Both the position numbers and the translations under genes were made by a program. A stretch of 47,710 nucleotides of DNA from Nitrosopumilus sp. H13 (lineage in GTDB: Archaea; Thermoproteota; Nitrososphaeria; Nitrososphaerales; Nitrosopumilaceae), in the NCBI GenBank assembly GCA_003724285.1, contig RHFB01000044.1:1-47710 (forward strand), read 5' to 3'. Position 1 is the stretch's first letter. Each line of letters opens with the position of its first letter. The notes under the pieces are model-generated. The model was not told where the DNA came from, ran no database searches, and was given only the letters and a program-made list of their open reading frames with translations. Shown here piece after piece: positions 27,448 to 36,302 of this stretch.

Positions 27448-28395
27448 ATGTCTCTGCTTCTAAAAGACAGGGTCTGGTCAATGGAGGCCCCTACCGCAAA
27501 GCGCGGCGTCTATCCGCTGCACGGATACAAGATAGGTCTGTACCGTCTGCCCATAAAGCTTGAAGATCCATCGGAGATCCGCTCAGTCCATGACGGCCTC
27601 AAAAAGACGTTTGAGATGGACATGTATGCAGACAGAGTATTTGCCACATACACCTGGAGGGAGCAAAGCTCTAGGGATCCCGACGCGAAAGGGTACAAGG
27701 AGGCAGATCTCTCAGTTACAGTAGAGATAGTGACAGGCGAGGTAGTCGATATCATATACCAGATATTCCCGATTGAAAAGTTTGGAGATCCCAACTGGGT
27801 TACTGATTACAGGAAAAAGGCAGACCACTTTGCAAAGATGGTGATTGACACCATACTGCGCAACACGATACTTGCAGACAAGATGGTCTCATACTATGTA
27901 AAGACTGAAAAGGTATCAGAAGTGGCCGCGCTTCAAAAGCTCGAAGACCTTACCCCGCTTGCAAAGATAGTGCTAGGCGCAAAGGCAAAGGCAGTAGAGG
28001 CAGCAGATGATGCAGAAGAAGAGGACGACTCTGTAATAGAGATACCCGACGGGTCAAAGCCCGGACCCATAGACATCGAGTTCAAGTCAAAGATAAAGGC
28101 GTCTACTCCCTATGATGCGCCAGAGCACACCATAAAGACGTGGGGTCGCAAGGGCTCAGGCAACGCGATAATGGGTGTGTGGGGAGAATTTGTATCAGTC
28201 GACTATGACATTTGCGTAGCAGACGGCGGTTGCATAGAGGCGTGTCCGGTCAGCGTCTACGAGTGGTTTGACACTCCCGGCAACCCCGGATCTGCCAAAA
28301 AGCCACTCATGTCAAAAGAGCCCGACTGTATATTCTGTCTTGCATGCGAGGGGGTATGTCCCCCACAGGCAATAAAGATCTTTGAGCAGAAATAG
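27448..28395 (+). CDS. N-terminally extended dicluster ferredoxin-domain protein
   Basis: CVADGGCIEACP and CIFCLACEGVCP at the C-terminus. Start ATG 27448 lies about 25 nt after TTTTAAA. Confidence 0.85.
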   Translation: MSLLLKDRVWSMEAPTAKRGVYPLHGYKIGLYRLPIKLEDPSEIRSVHDGLKKTFEMDMYADRVFATYTWREQSSRDPDAKGYKEADLSVTVEIVTGEVVDIIYQIFPIEKFGDPNWVTDYRKKADHFAKMVIDTILRNTILADKMVSYYVKTEKVSEVAALQKLEDLTPLAKIVLGAKAKAVEAADDAEEEDDSVIEIPDGSKPGPIDIEFKSKIKASTPYDAPEHTIKTWGRKGSGNAIMGVWGEFVSVDYDICVADGGCIEACPVSVYEWFDTPGNPGSAKKPLMSKEPDCIFCLACEGVCPPQAIKIFEQK

Positions 28396-28534
28396 CACTG
28401 TATCACATAATGCAGGCGCGGTGTTTTCCAGAATTTGACAGTGCGCCATCTTGCCCAAGTTCCGCCCCAGAATAATACAGGTCTTGAAACCGACTCCTCG
28501 CAAGTATAAATAACTAGTGCCATAAAGCAGAATC

Positions 28535-30595
28535 ATGACCGTCAATCCCTTTATCCAGTTCGTCTTTGATCTGTTTATCGTCTCTGCCGTGATAATCACC
28601 GCCTATACGTGCAACTTTTACTATCTTGCATACCTGTCCCGGAGGCGAAAGGACTCGACGCCCACCACTTCCAGCTGGATACCCTCAGTCACCATACACC
28701 TGCCCATATACAACGAAAAGTATGTAGCCGAGCGCCTAGTCGACGCGGTGTGCGCGCTCGACTATCCACGCGAAAAGATGCGGATAATGGTGCTAGATGA
28801 CTCTGATGATGACACGGTGCAGGTGGTAGGCAAGACAGTCGCACAATACGCCAGGCGCGGCTTTCAGATAGAACACGTCAGGCGCGGCACCAGGCACGGC
28901 TACAAGGCGGGCGCGCTAAAGCACGCAATGTCCACCACAGATACGGATCTTGTCGCCATATTTGATGCGGACTTTATCCCCCCCGAGTGGTTCCTCAAGC
29001 GAGCTATCCCCCACTTTAGCAGGCCTGACATCGGCATGGTGCAGTGCCGCTGGGGTCACGTAAACGAGAACTATTCCGCACTCACACAGGCTCAGGCACT
29101 GAGCCTTGACATGCATTTTCTCATCGAGCAAAAGGCAAAGAGCAACTCGCACCTGTTCATGAACTTTAACGGGACTGCCGGCATCTGGAGGAGGGACTGC
29201 ATCGAGAACTCGGGAGGCTGGCACGTGGCCACGCTGGTCGAGGACTTGGATCTGAGCTACAGGGCCCAGATGAATGGGTGGAAGTGCGTCTTTTTGCCGG
29301 ACATAGTGGTGGATGCAGAGCTCCCCGTCCAGATGAACGCCGCAAAGAGGCAGCAGTTCCGCTGGGCAAAGGGATCCATCCAGTGCGCCATAAAGCTGCT
29401 TGCAGACATTATGATGCGCCGCCGCGTCGCCATAGAGGCAAAAATACAGGCATTCATCCAGCTTACGCGCCACATCGTGTACCCGCTGATACTCGTGCAG
29501 TTTCTGGCCCTGCCTGTCCTGCTTGCCGCCCAGATAAACCTGTATGTGGTCAGCTTGGTGCCCGCGCTTACCATAGCCACATACTTTGCAATGGGACCTG
29601 GAGCATTTGTCATGATAATACAGCGCATGTACGGCCAGTCGTGGAAGTCAAAGGCAAAGATACTGCCTGCGCTGCTCGTGTATAATGCGGGCATGTCAGT
29701 CAACAACACGGTGGCAGTATTTGACGCCGTACTGAGCAAAAAGAGCGAATTTTTGCGCACGCCAAAGTACGGAATCGTAGCAAAGGGCGACGACTGGCGC
29801 AACAAGGCGTACAACCTGCCGTTTACCCAGACCACCCTGCTGGAGATCTTCTTTGGGGTGTACGGCGTGATGGCCATCTTTGCCGCCATATTCTCAAACA
29901 ACCCAGTATTTGTGCCCATCATAGCCTTGCAGACAGTCGGATTCTTTTATATCGCCTCTATGAGCCTCTCGCACACGCGGTTTAAAAGAAATAAATCAAG
30001 CCCCATTCACGCAGACAGCGGAGAGAGAATGGCCCGCGTAACATACAAGCTCGCACTTGCCGGCATTGCAGGAATCATCGTCTTTGGCGGATACATGGCC
30101 ATATCCGGGTACGACTCTGACATCTACCCTCTTGACCGGATGCGGGGTCATATGGACGGAATCCGCGGATCCTCTGACCCGGCTACAATCAGGGCGCATC
30201 TGGTGGCAATCCAGGCGGACATGGAGCTAGTCCTTGCAAAGCTTCCAGAGGGGGTAAACAAGGCCGGGGCCCCGTCAAAGAACCCCGTGTGGCTGTTTCC
30301 CAACGATTCTACTAACTTTTTGAGGATGAAGGGCGATGTGGATATCATGCTGGCAGGCATTGAAAAGATCTCGGCCATCCCGAGGGACAGCTCTGCATAC
30401 CACACCGGGATGCTGGACATCAGCGCCAGGGCGCTTACGCTGGACCTCAACATTACTGATGCGACCCCCTACATGTACGTCAGCATTGCAAACATCATAT
30501 TCAGCACGATATGGATTGCAGCGATACTTGGAATCTTTGCCGCGCTAAAGCACAAAAAGGACCAGCTTCAAGAGGCAGACGCGCCGGGCGTCTAG
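28535..30595 (+). CDS. Processive GT2 glycosyltransferase (cellulose-synthase-like) with C-terminal membrane extension
   Basis: LPIYNE, LDDS, KAGAL, FDADF, VEDLD and QQFRW (D,D,D,QxxRW); multiple TM helices. Confidence 0.92.
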   Translation: MTVNPFIQFVFDLFIVSAVIITAYTCNFYYLAYLSRRRKDSTPTTSSWIPSVTIHLPIYNEKYVAERLVDAVCALDYPREKMRIMVLDDSDDDTVQVVGKTVAQYARRGFQIEHVRRGTRHGYKAGALKHAMSTTDTDLVAIFDADFIPPEWFLKRAIPHFSRPDIGMVQCRWGHVNENYSALTQAQALSLDMHFLIEQKAKSNSHLFMNFNGTAGIWRRDCIENSGGWHVATLVEDLDLSYRAQMNGWKCVFLPDIVVDAELPVQMNAAKRQQFRWAKGSIQCAIKLLADIMMRRRVAIEAKIQAFIQLTRHIVYPLILVQFLALPVLLAAQINLYVVSLVPALTIATYFAMGPGAFVMIIQRMYGQSWKSKAKILPALLVYNAGMSVNNTVAVFDAVLSKKSEFLRTPKYGIVAKGDDWRNKAYNLPFTQTTLLEIFFGVYGVMAIFAAIFSNNPVFVPIIALQTVGFFYIASMSLSHTRFKRNKSSPIHADSGERMARVTYKLALAGIAGIIVFGGYMAISGYDSDIYPLDRMRGHMDGIRGSSDPATIRAHLVAIQADMELVLAKLPEGVNKAGAPSKNPVWLFPNDSTNFLRMKGDVDIMLAGIEKISAIPRDSSAYHTGMLDISARALTLDLNITDATPYMYVSIANIIFSTIWIAAILGIFAALKHKKDQLQEADAPGV

Positions 30596-31926
30596 GATAT
30601 CCCGAGGTCTGCCCTCAGCTCGTCTACTGCCCTTATCCCGTAAATGTCCCTTACCTGCCTTATCCTGACTGACTCTTTTAGCATGTCCCTTCCGATCGCG
30701 TTTGAGAGTATCGAGTAGACATCGCCAAACCGCACCTCCCACCTGTCTGCGCAGTCAAGAATCTTGCCGACTGCCCACTGTCTCACCTCGTGTGGTAGCG
30801 GAATCTTTTGTCCAGACTCTATGGAGAGCCGGTCAAACAGGTTTACAATCTCTGCTGTCTGCGCCGCCATCTTTTCGAGGTCTGCTGCCACGCCGTACTT
30901 TGACTCTGCGTTCATTCTTATCGACGACTGGAACTCTGAGAGCCTTAGCAGGGCTAGGACCTCTTTGGACGAGTCCTCTGAGGCCTTGCCGGCGGCACCC
31001 CTGGTCTGCTGCATCTCTGAGAAGAGCTTTTCAGACTTTGCGTGCATCTCTGCGGCAGCCGCATCCTGCCTCTTTACCGTCTCTGAGACTGACTCTATGC
31101 CGTCCTCTATCCTGCCCATCTTGGACTCGATCTCGCCTATCCTGCCTGCCTTTTCAGACACCGAGTCAAACTGCCTCTTGATGCCGTCCACTATTCCTGC
31201 AAGATTGTTCACGCCAGAGGATTTCTCAGAGACTGCGTCTATTGCAGCCTTTATCGCCTCTAGCTCTGCGCCAAGCGACGAGGCGGACCGTGTCGACTCG
31301 GCAATCCTTGCAAGCTCCTCTCTAAAGCTCTCCACTATCTGCGAGCCTGCCTCTAGCCCCTGCGTCTTTTCAGAGACCTTTTCAATGCTGTCCCGGAGCT
31401 TGTCAATGTCCGCCCCGGTCTTTACAATCAAGTCTGCGCGCCCCGAGACATTTTTGAGATCGTCTCGCACCTCGTCTATTCTCTGAGCCATCTTGATTAT
31501 CATCTCAGAATTGTTCTTTATCGAGTTCATCCCCTCGGCCACCTTTTCTGAGAGGCCTGCCGGACCTGACTTTTGCAGGTCTGCCATCTCCTTGCGGAGC
31601 TTTTCTGTCTGGCCGTTTATCTTGTCCACGAGTCCGGACTGCGCACGGACCTCGCGGAGACCCACATAGAGCTTTTGAGTGTCCTCTTCCATCACGCCCA
31701 TCCTTCTTGACTGCTTTTGGATGTGATCTAGGGTGGTTGCAAGGGAATCGATCATGCCCTTGAGTGATACGAGCACCTTTTGGTTCTCTCCAAAGACCCT
31801 TGTCATTACCTTGATCTCCTTTTGGAGGGCCTTGTTCGAGTCAGAGACTGTCGCCACCTTTTTGAGCAGGGTCGCTGGTGTCGGCTCCCTGGGCTTTGCC
31901 TTGGGCTTTGGTTTTTTGGCTGCCAC
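30592..31926 (-). CDS. Long coiled-coil protein with conserved C-terminal domain
   Basis: Heptad-rich body, basic N-terminus and C-terminal LPHEVRQWA...YGIRAVD. Confidence 0.75.
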   Translation of the reverse strand: MAAKKPKPKAKPREPTPATLLKKVATVSDSNKALQKEIKVMTRVFGENQKVLVSLKGMIDSLATTLDHIQKQSRRMGVMEEDTQKLYVGLREVRAQSGLVDKINGQTEKLRKEMADLQKSGPAGLSEKVAEGMNSIKNNSEMIIKMAQRIDEVRDDLKNVSGRADLIVKTGADIDKLRDSIEKVSEKTQGLEAGSQIVESFREELARIAESTRSASSLGAELEAIKAAIDAVSEKSSGVNNLAGIVDGIKRQFDSVSEKAGRIGEIESKMGRIEDGIESVSETVKRQDAAAAEMHAKSEKLFSEMQQTRGAAGKASEDSSKEVLALLRLSEFQSSIRMNAESKYGVAADLEKMAAQTAEIVNLFDRLSIESGQKIPLPHEVRQWAVGKILDCADRWEVRFGDVYSILSNAIGRDMLKESVRIRQVRDIYGIRAVDELRADLGIS

Positions 31927-31977
31927 TATACCGTCTATTACACCATGATGATAAAAAAGTTGGGTGTGAAAAAAAAG

Positions 31978-32085
31978 CTACCTGTTTACAGTCTCAGGTT
32001 CGTGAAGCAGCTCGTGGATGGTCTTTTCTGCAAGCCCCTCGTGGGACTCGAAAAAGTCCTTTGTACAGTATTCGCACTGGATCAT
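31978..32085 (-). CDS. C2H2-type zinc-finger microprotein (35 aa)
   Basis: MIQCEYCTKDFFESHEGLAEKTIHELLHEPETVNR*, CxxC...HxxxH. TATTAAT about 25 nt upstream and a T-run downstream. Not in the ORF track. Confidence 0.75.
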   Translation of the reverse strand: MIQCEYCTKDFFESHEGLAEKTIHELLHEPETVNR

Positions 32086-32118
32086 GATTACGGTACCATA
32101 CCGTACTATTAATATCGC

Positions 32119-32138
32119 AGGTTATACCGGTATAACCT
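32119..32138. promoter_or_regulatory. Perfect 20-bp palindrome, candidate operator
   Basis: AGGTTATACCGGTATAACCT sits immediately upstream of the TATA/BRE of the C2H2 microprotein gene. Confidence 0.55.
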
Positions 32139-32283
32139 TGGCAGTCAGATACCCCAGGTCGTATCTCCACATCTAGCTTCGGCTGACCCACTCATCATCC
32201 TGCACTGTGCGTGGCAATGTCTGGGAATAAAGACTTTTGAGCATGTGGGCAACTGTTTTTAAACAATTTGACCAAGTGATATC

Positions 32284-33600
32284 ATGCATAGTTTGTCGCT
32301 CCAGACGGGACTAGGCGACTCGCTTGGAAGCACGGTCAATACGCTCATAGAAGAGATCACCCCAGAGCTGCCGCACACAAGCTTTGTGACTGATCTGGCA
32401 TTCATCATGATAATCGGGGCAGTCATCACACTTGCGTTCTTTAAGATACGGCAGCCGCTGATAATCGGATATCTGTTTGCAGGAATGCTTATCGGGCCGC
32501 TCTCGCCGTTCTGGTCGTGGGTGCTGCCAGACGGGGGTCTGCCTGCTGACGTGTTTGTAGGCGTCGGACTTCTCTCTGACATCTCTGCGCTCAACTTGTT
32601 TGCAGATATAGGCGTGATACTGCTGCTGTTTGTAATCGGGATAGAGTTCCCGTATGCAAAGATAAAGAGCATCGGGCGCGTCGCAATCGGCATAGGATCC
32701 ATAGGGCTGTTTATGACGCTTGGTGTCGTGTTTTATACGGCAAGCGCCCTAGGTCTCGAGTTCATGGACGCGCTGTTCATCTCTGCGGCGCTCTCCATAT
32801 CGAGCACGGCCATAATCGTAAAGATACTTGAAGACATGGGGCGCATAAGAAGAGAGTCCTCGATACTGATCCTGGGAATACTCATAGTAGAGGACGTGGT
32901 GGCCGTGATTCTCATATCCACGCTCCAGTCGGTGGCTCTGGTGGGTACCGTATCCATCGAGTCGATAATAGTGGTGGTGGTTGTGGCGGCGGGACTCATT
33001 GTAGGGACGTTTACTGTGGGGACGCGCGTAATACCGCAGATGATAGACAGGGTTGCTGCAGCAGAGCACCGCGAGATCCTGCTGCTGAGCGTGCTTGGCG
33101 TGTGCTTTGGATACGCGCTGCTTGCAAACATTGTGGGACTTTCTGTCGCAATCGGGGCGTTTCTTGCAGGGGTGCTAGTCGCAGAATCAAGGTCTGCCGA
33201 GGTGGCCAAGCTTCTCTCTAGCCCCATCAAGGACATGTTTGTGGCTATATTTTTCATCTCGGTGGGGGCACTCATGGACGTCTCGCAGCTGGGAGACTAT
33301 ATCCTGGTGGCGGCAGTCCTGATTGCTGTGGCCACTGTTATGAAGCTTGGAGGCAGCATGATCGGAAGCGTCCTGTTTGGACAGAAGCGATCCAATGCAA
33401 TGCGCTCGGCATTCACGCTTGCTGCCCCCCGGGGCGAGTTCTCGATAGTCATAGTAAAGGTGGGCGTCGACATTGGGGCGGTGAGCGCATTCTTGTTCCC
33501 GCTGATCGGGATAATCTCGATAATCACGGCCTTTTTGTCGCCGTTTCTGGTGAAGATAGGCGACAGGCTGGTGCCTGCGCCGGAGAAGAAAAATGCCTGA
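32284..33600 (+). CDS. Cation:proton antiporter (CPA2/KefB-like)
   Basis: IGYLFAGMLIGP, GVILLLFVIGIEF, ISSTAI, LIVED, GAFLAG and PRGEFS; about 12 TM helices. Confidence 0.92.
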   Translation: MHSLSLQTGLGDSLGSTVNTLIEEITPELPHTSFVTDLAFIMIIGAVITLAFFKIRQPLIIGYLFAGMLIGPLSPFWSWVLPDGGLPADVFVGVGLLSDISALNLFADIGVILLLFVIGIEFPYAKIKSIGRVAIGIGSIGLFMTLGVVFYTASALGLEFMDALFISAALSISSTAIIVKILEDMGRIRRESSILILGILIVEDVVAVILISTLQSVALVGTVSIESIIVVVVVAAGLIVGTFTVGTRVIPQMIDRVAAAEHREILLLSVLGVCFGYALLANIVGLSVAIGAFLAGVLVAESRSAEVAKLLSSPIKDMFVAIFFISVGALMDVSQLGDYILVAAVLIAVATVMKLGGSMIGSVLFGQKRSNAMRSAFTLAAPRGEFSIVIVKVGVDIGAVSAFLFPLIGIISIITAFLSPFLVKIGDRLVPAPEKKNA

Positions 33601-34027
33601 TGAACTCGACAAGATGATGGGCCGCGCCCATGACGGCGTGTCGGTATTTGACTTTGAGGGCAGGAGCGTCCCGTGCATTGTGATAGGCGAGTCCAAGTAC
33701 GCGGAGATGGTCTCAAAGGCAGCAGGCAAGTCGCTTGCAATCAACACCGATTTGAACATACTCTATGACTGTATGGGGCACGTCTTTGTGGATGTAACAC
33801 TCGGGTTCTCAAGGGGCGGGATGGTCGAAAAGTTCCTCATTGACGCGCAAAAAAACATCGGGTTCTTTGAGATGCTCGCAGAGACTGCAATGCTTGCCAT
33901 GTCTTCAGACTCTGGGACAGGCAGCGTATTTATGATACAACTGCCGCGGCCAGAAAAGGCACGTGACGCCCTAGATCTGATACGCAATGCCATGACAGAA
34001 AGTAATGGTGCAGTTACCGGGATTTGA
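33593..34027 (+). CDS. Conserved hypothetical protein
   Basis: Overlaps the antiporter stop; its last codons run antisense into tRNA-Gly. Confidence 0.7.
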   Translation: MPDELDKMMGRAHDGVSVFDFEGRSVPCIVIGESKYAEMVSKAAGKSLAINTDLNILYDCMGHVFVDVTLGFSRGGMVEKFLIDAQKNIGFFEMLAETAMLAMSSDSGTGSVFMIQLPRPEKARDALDLIRNAMTESNGAVTGI

Positions 34028-34082
34028 ACCCGGGTCCCTAACTTGGCAAGCTAGAATATTAACCAAACTGTACTATAACTGC
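34006..34082 (-). tRNA. tRNA-Gly(GCC)
   Basis: GCAGTTA/TAACTGC acceptor stem, CTAGC-TTGCCAA-GTTAG anticodon arm, GGTTCAAATCC T-arm, encoded CCA, no intron. Confidence 0.95.
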
Positions 34083-34273
34083 AACACCGCTAGTTGGCCG
34101 AGTTGATATTAAACTGTTTATCTTTGTGATTATGGCGGGCTCGTCATTACATGGTTGGACCTTATATACGGGATACGCATCTGATGTTTTCCAGACGATG
34201 ATTCGTACGCGTTATCTGACCGTGTCTCTTCCTGTGTAGCTCAATTTTTAACCATGACTGCGCAACTTTGTGC

Positions 34274-34528
34274 ATGGATGAGAGGCTCTTAAAGGTGCTA
34301 GAGCAAAAGGTGCAGGATGCGGCATCTCAAAGCGGGCAGGTTAAAAGACTTGCAGGCCTGCTTGCAGAAGGGCAGGAATCGTTTGTGTTCGGGGTGCTAG
34401 TCGGTAGAATTTACAACTCGTTTTACTACCAGTCTAAAAGGATACTGGGTCGCGAGCCGACAGATGCAGAGTTTGAAGAGTTTCTAGATTTTGTCAGAAA
34501 GAACAGATCCAAGATTGGCTCACGGTGA
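34274..34528 (+). CDS. Conserved hypothetical protein
   Basis: MDERLLKVLEQK...GRIYNSFYYQSKRILGREPT. TTTTTAA about 25 nt upstream. Confidence 0.75.
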   Translation: MDERLLKVLEQKVQDAASQSGQVKRLAGLLAEGQESFVFGVLVGRIYNSFYYQSKRILGREPTDAEFEEFLDFVRKNRSKIGSR

Positions 34529-35026
34529 CGGCTTGTTCCACTCTATCACCTTTATGGTGGGAGTCCCGGATATCTTTACACAGGATTTTTTTAGCGCCTT
34601 TTTTGCGGCGCCAAGGTGCTCTGCATTTACATAAATCTCCATGATGCATTGCCCCTGTCTTACCCTTGCTCCGAGGCTTGTTGCCTTGCCCCATGCCCTT
34701 CTCATGCCCTCTGATATCCTGTCTGCTCCGGCAGTTGCAATCTGCTTGTTCTCCCTCAGGAGGTTGTGCGGGTATATGCGGAGTCTAGAGTAATAGCCTG
34801 TCTCGCCTGCCGTCTTTTCAAGCGTCTTGTTTGCCGTGAGCCTGGTGGACTCTATTGCCACGTGGCGGAGCTGTATCTTTTCATTTACGCACAGCTGCAC
34901 GCAGTACTTGTACGTGTCTCTCTTGCCGCCCTGGAACTTTGTAATCTTTATCTGCGGCTTGCCCTTGATGAACTCCTTTCTGGTGAACACCTGGCCGTTG
35001 CCCTCCCTATAGTTGGCTCCGTGCAT
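34520..35026 (-). CDS. rpl10e: 50S ribosomal protein L10e (uL16)
   Basis: YPHNLLRENKQIATAGADRISEGMRRAWGK. Confidence 0.96.
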   Translation of the reverse strand: MHGANYREGNGQVFTRKEFIKGKPQIKITKFQGGKRDTYKYCVQLCVNEKIQLRHVAIESTRLTANKTLEKTAGETGYYSRLRIYPHNLLRENKQIATAGADRISEGMRRAWGKATSLGARVRQGQCIMEIYVNAEHLGAAKKALKKSCVKISGTPTIKVIEWNKPSP

Positions 35027-35156
35027 GTACTGACAGGCCCGTATTCCTATATTTTAACGGTTGGTAGCCGTCTATGGCGGAATTGAGAATTTGATGGGCA
35101 CTGATCGGGCTTGCACAACCATCTGATGTTATATGTCTGCCATGTGTATCTGAGCC

Positions 35157-35606
35157 ATGACTGCATCTGACTATCCAAACCTGCTATTTATCCTGCAGGA
35201 TCTTACCATCGGCGGAAGGACCCGGATACAAAAATATGGGTTTCAGATTTACCAGCACTATAAAGATGAACTACAGGAACATGACTTTTACTCTGACTGG
35301 AAGCCGTATCATTTTGGCCCGTACAGCCAGAGACTGGCAGTTGATCTGTCCTCTGCAGTGGATCATGGCTATATCCAAGTAGACGATGGCATGAATGAAG
35401 ATTCAAAATACAAACAGTACTGTCTTGGCATCAAGGGCAGGAATGCGTACCGCAGTCTGCTGGCAGACAATCCATTTCTCAACGACATCCACGAGTTGCT
35501 TGTCAGCCTACAGCGTCAATCACTCATGAAGATTTTAAAGCAAATTTATCTGGACTATCCACAGTATACCGTCCAGAGCCAAATCAAGCATAAAATTACT
35601 GATTGA
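35157..35606 (+). CDS. Panacea/SocA-like (DUF4065)/YwgA-type winged-helix protein
   Basis: GRTRIQKYGF and WKPYHFGPYSQRL motifs. Lower GC than its neighbours; TTATAT about 25 nt upstream. Confidence 0.7.
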   Translation: MTASDYPNLLFILQDLTIGGRTRIQKYGFQIYQHYKDELQEHDFYSDWKPYHFGPYSQRLAVDLSSAVDHGYIQVDDGMNEDSKYKQYCLGIKGRNAYRSLLADNPFLNDIHELLVSLQRQSLMKILKQIYLDYPQYTVQSQIKHKITD

Positions 35607-35771
35607 ACAGACGCCACTTGTCTACTGACACCAGACGAGAACCTCCCTGATCCAAAAAAATAGGCATGCTGTCTTGCATTGTGATTGATACCGCCTGCAA
35701 AACGTGATTTTGCACGTGGCTTTCATTCGTGACATGAATGCTTATATGGAAAACACCGGCCTCCGTCCGTC

Positions 35772-36302
35772 ATGGAGCATATCCCGCCGGTCACCGGCCG
35801 CATGATCTCAGGTCAGGCGTGTATCTCTGACAAGTCCATGATGCGCGAGCTAGAGGCAGGCGGCTACGGCGAGATGCAAGGGGACAAGATGTTCCTCAAG
35901 CAGTTTGAGGCGCTGTACCTGCTATACACGGGACGGCTGAATCTGGGAAAAAAACAGACTGACTTTGACTCGCTTTTGCACCGGTGCCAGGCCGACGATC
36001 CCGGGATCCTCACAAAGTTTCTGATATACCGCGACTTGCGCAACCGCGGGTACGTGGTCAAGGACGGCTTTGGATTCGGCTCTGACTTTAGGGTGTACGA
36101 GCGCGGGCATTTTGGGCAAAAGGGCGCAAAGTTCCTTGTGTTCGGGCTAGACGAGGGGCAAAAGGAGAAGATGGGGGCGATGCAAAAAAAGATCAAGGAG
36201 ATAATCCAAATGGGAAAAGAGCCGATAATGGCAGTAATTGAGCGCCGCGGCGAGGTCATATACTACAAGATCAACAGGATGAACTTTTACGAGAATGCCT
36301 AG
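35772..36302 (+). CDS. endA: tRNA-splicing endonuclease subunit (probably the structural subunit)
   Basis: EALYL, YRDLRNRGYVVKDGFGFGSDFRVY and VIYY. The catalytic His position appears replaced. Confidence 0.88.
   Translation: MEHIPPVTGRMISGQACISDKSMMRELEAGGYGEMQGDKMFLKQFEALYLLYTGRLNLGKKQTDFDSLLHRCQADDPGILTKFLIYRDLRNRGYVVKDGFGFGSDFRVYERGHFGQKGAKFLVFGLDEGQKEKMGAMQKKIKEIIQMGKEPIMAVIERRGEVIYYKINRMNFYENA

Noticed and set aside
30592-31926. Methyl-accepting chemotaxis protein
   Set aside because: Only a generic coiled coil; there is no MCP hairpin signature (LLALNAAIEAARAG) and no che genes nearby.
34180-34250. Possible C/D-box sRNA or 13-aa ORF after a TATA-like TTATATA
   Set aside because: The boxes are non-canonical (TGATGT, ATGATT) and one guide would be only about 4 nt; support is insufficient.
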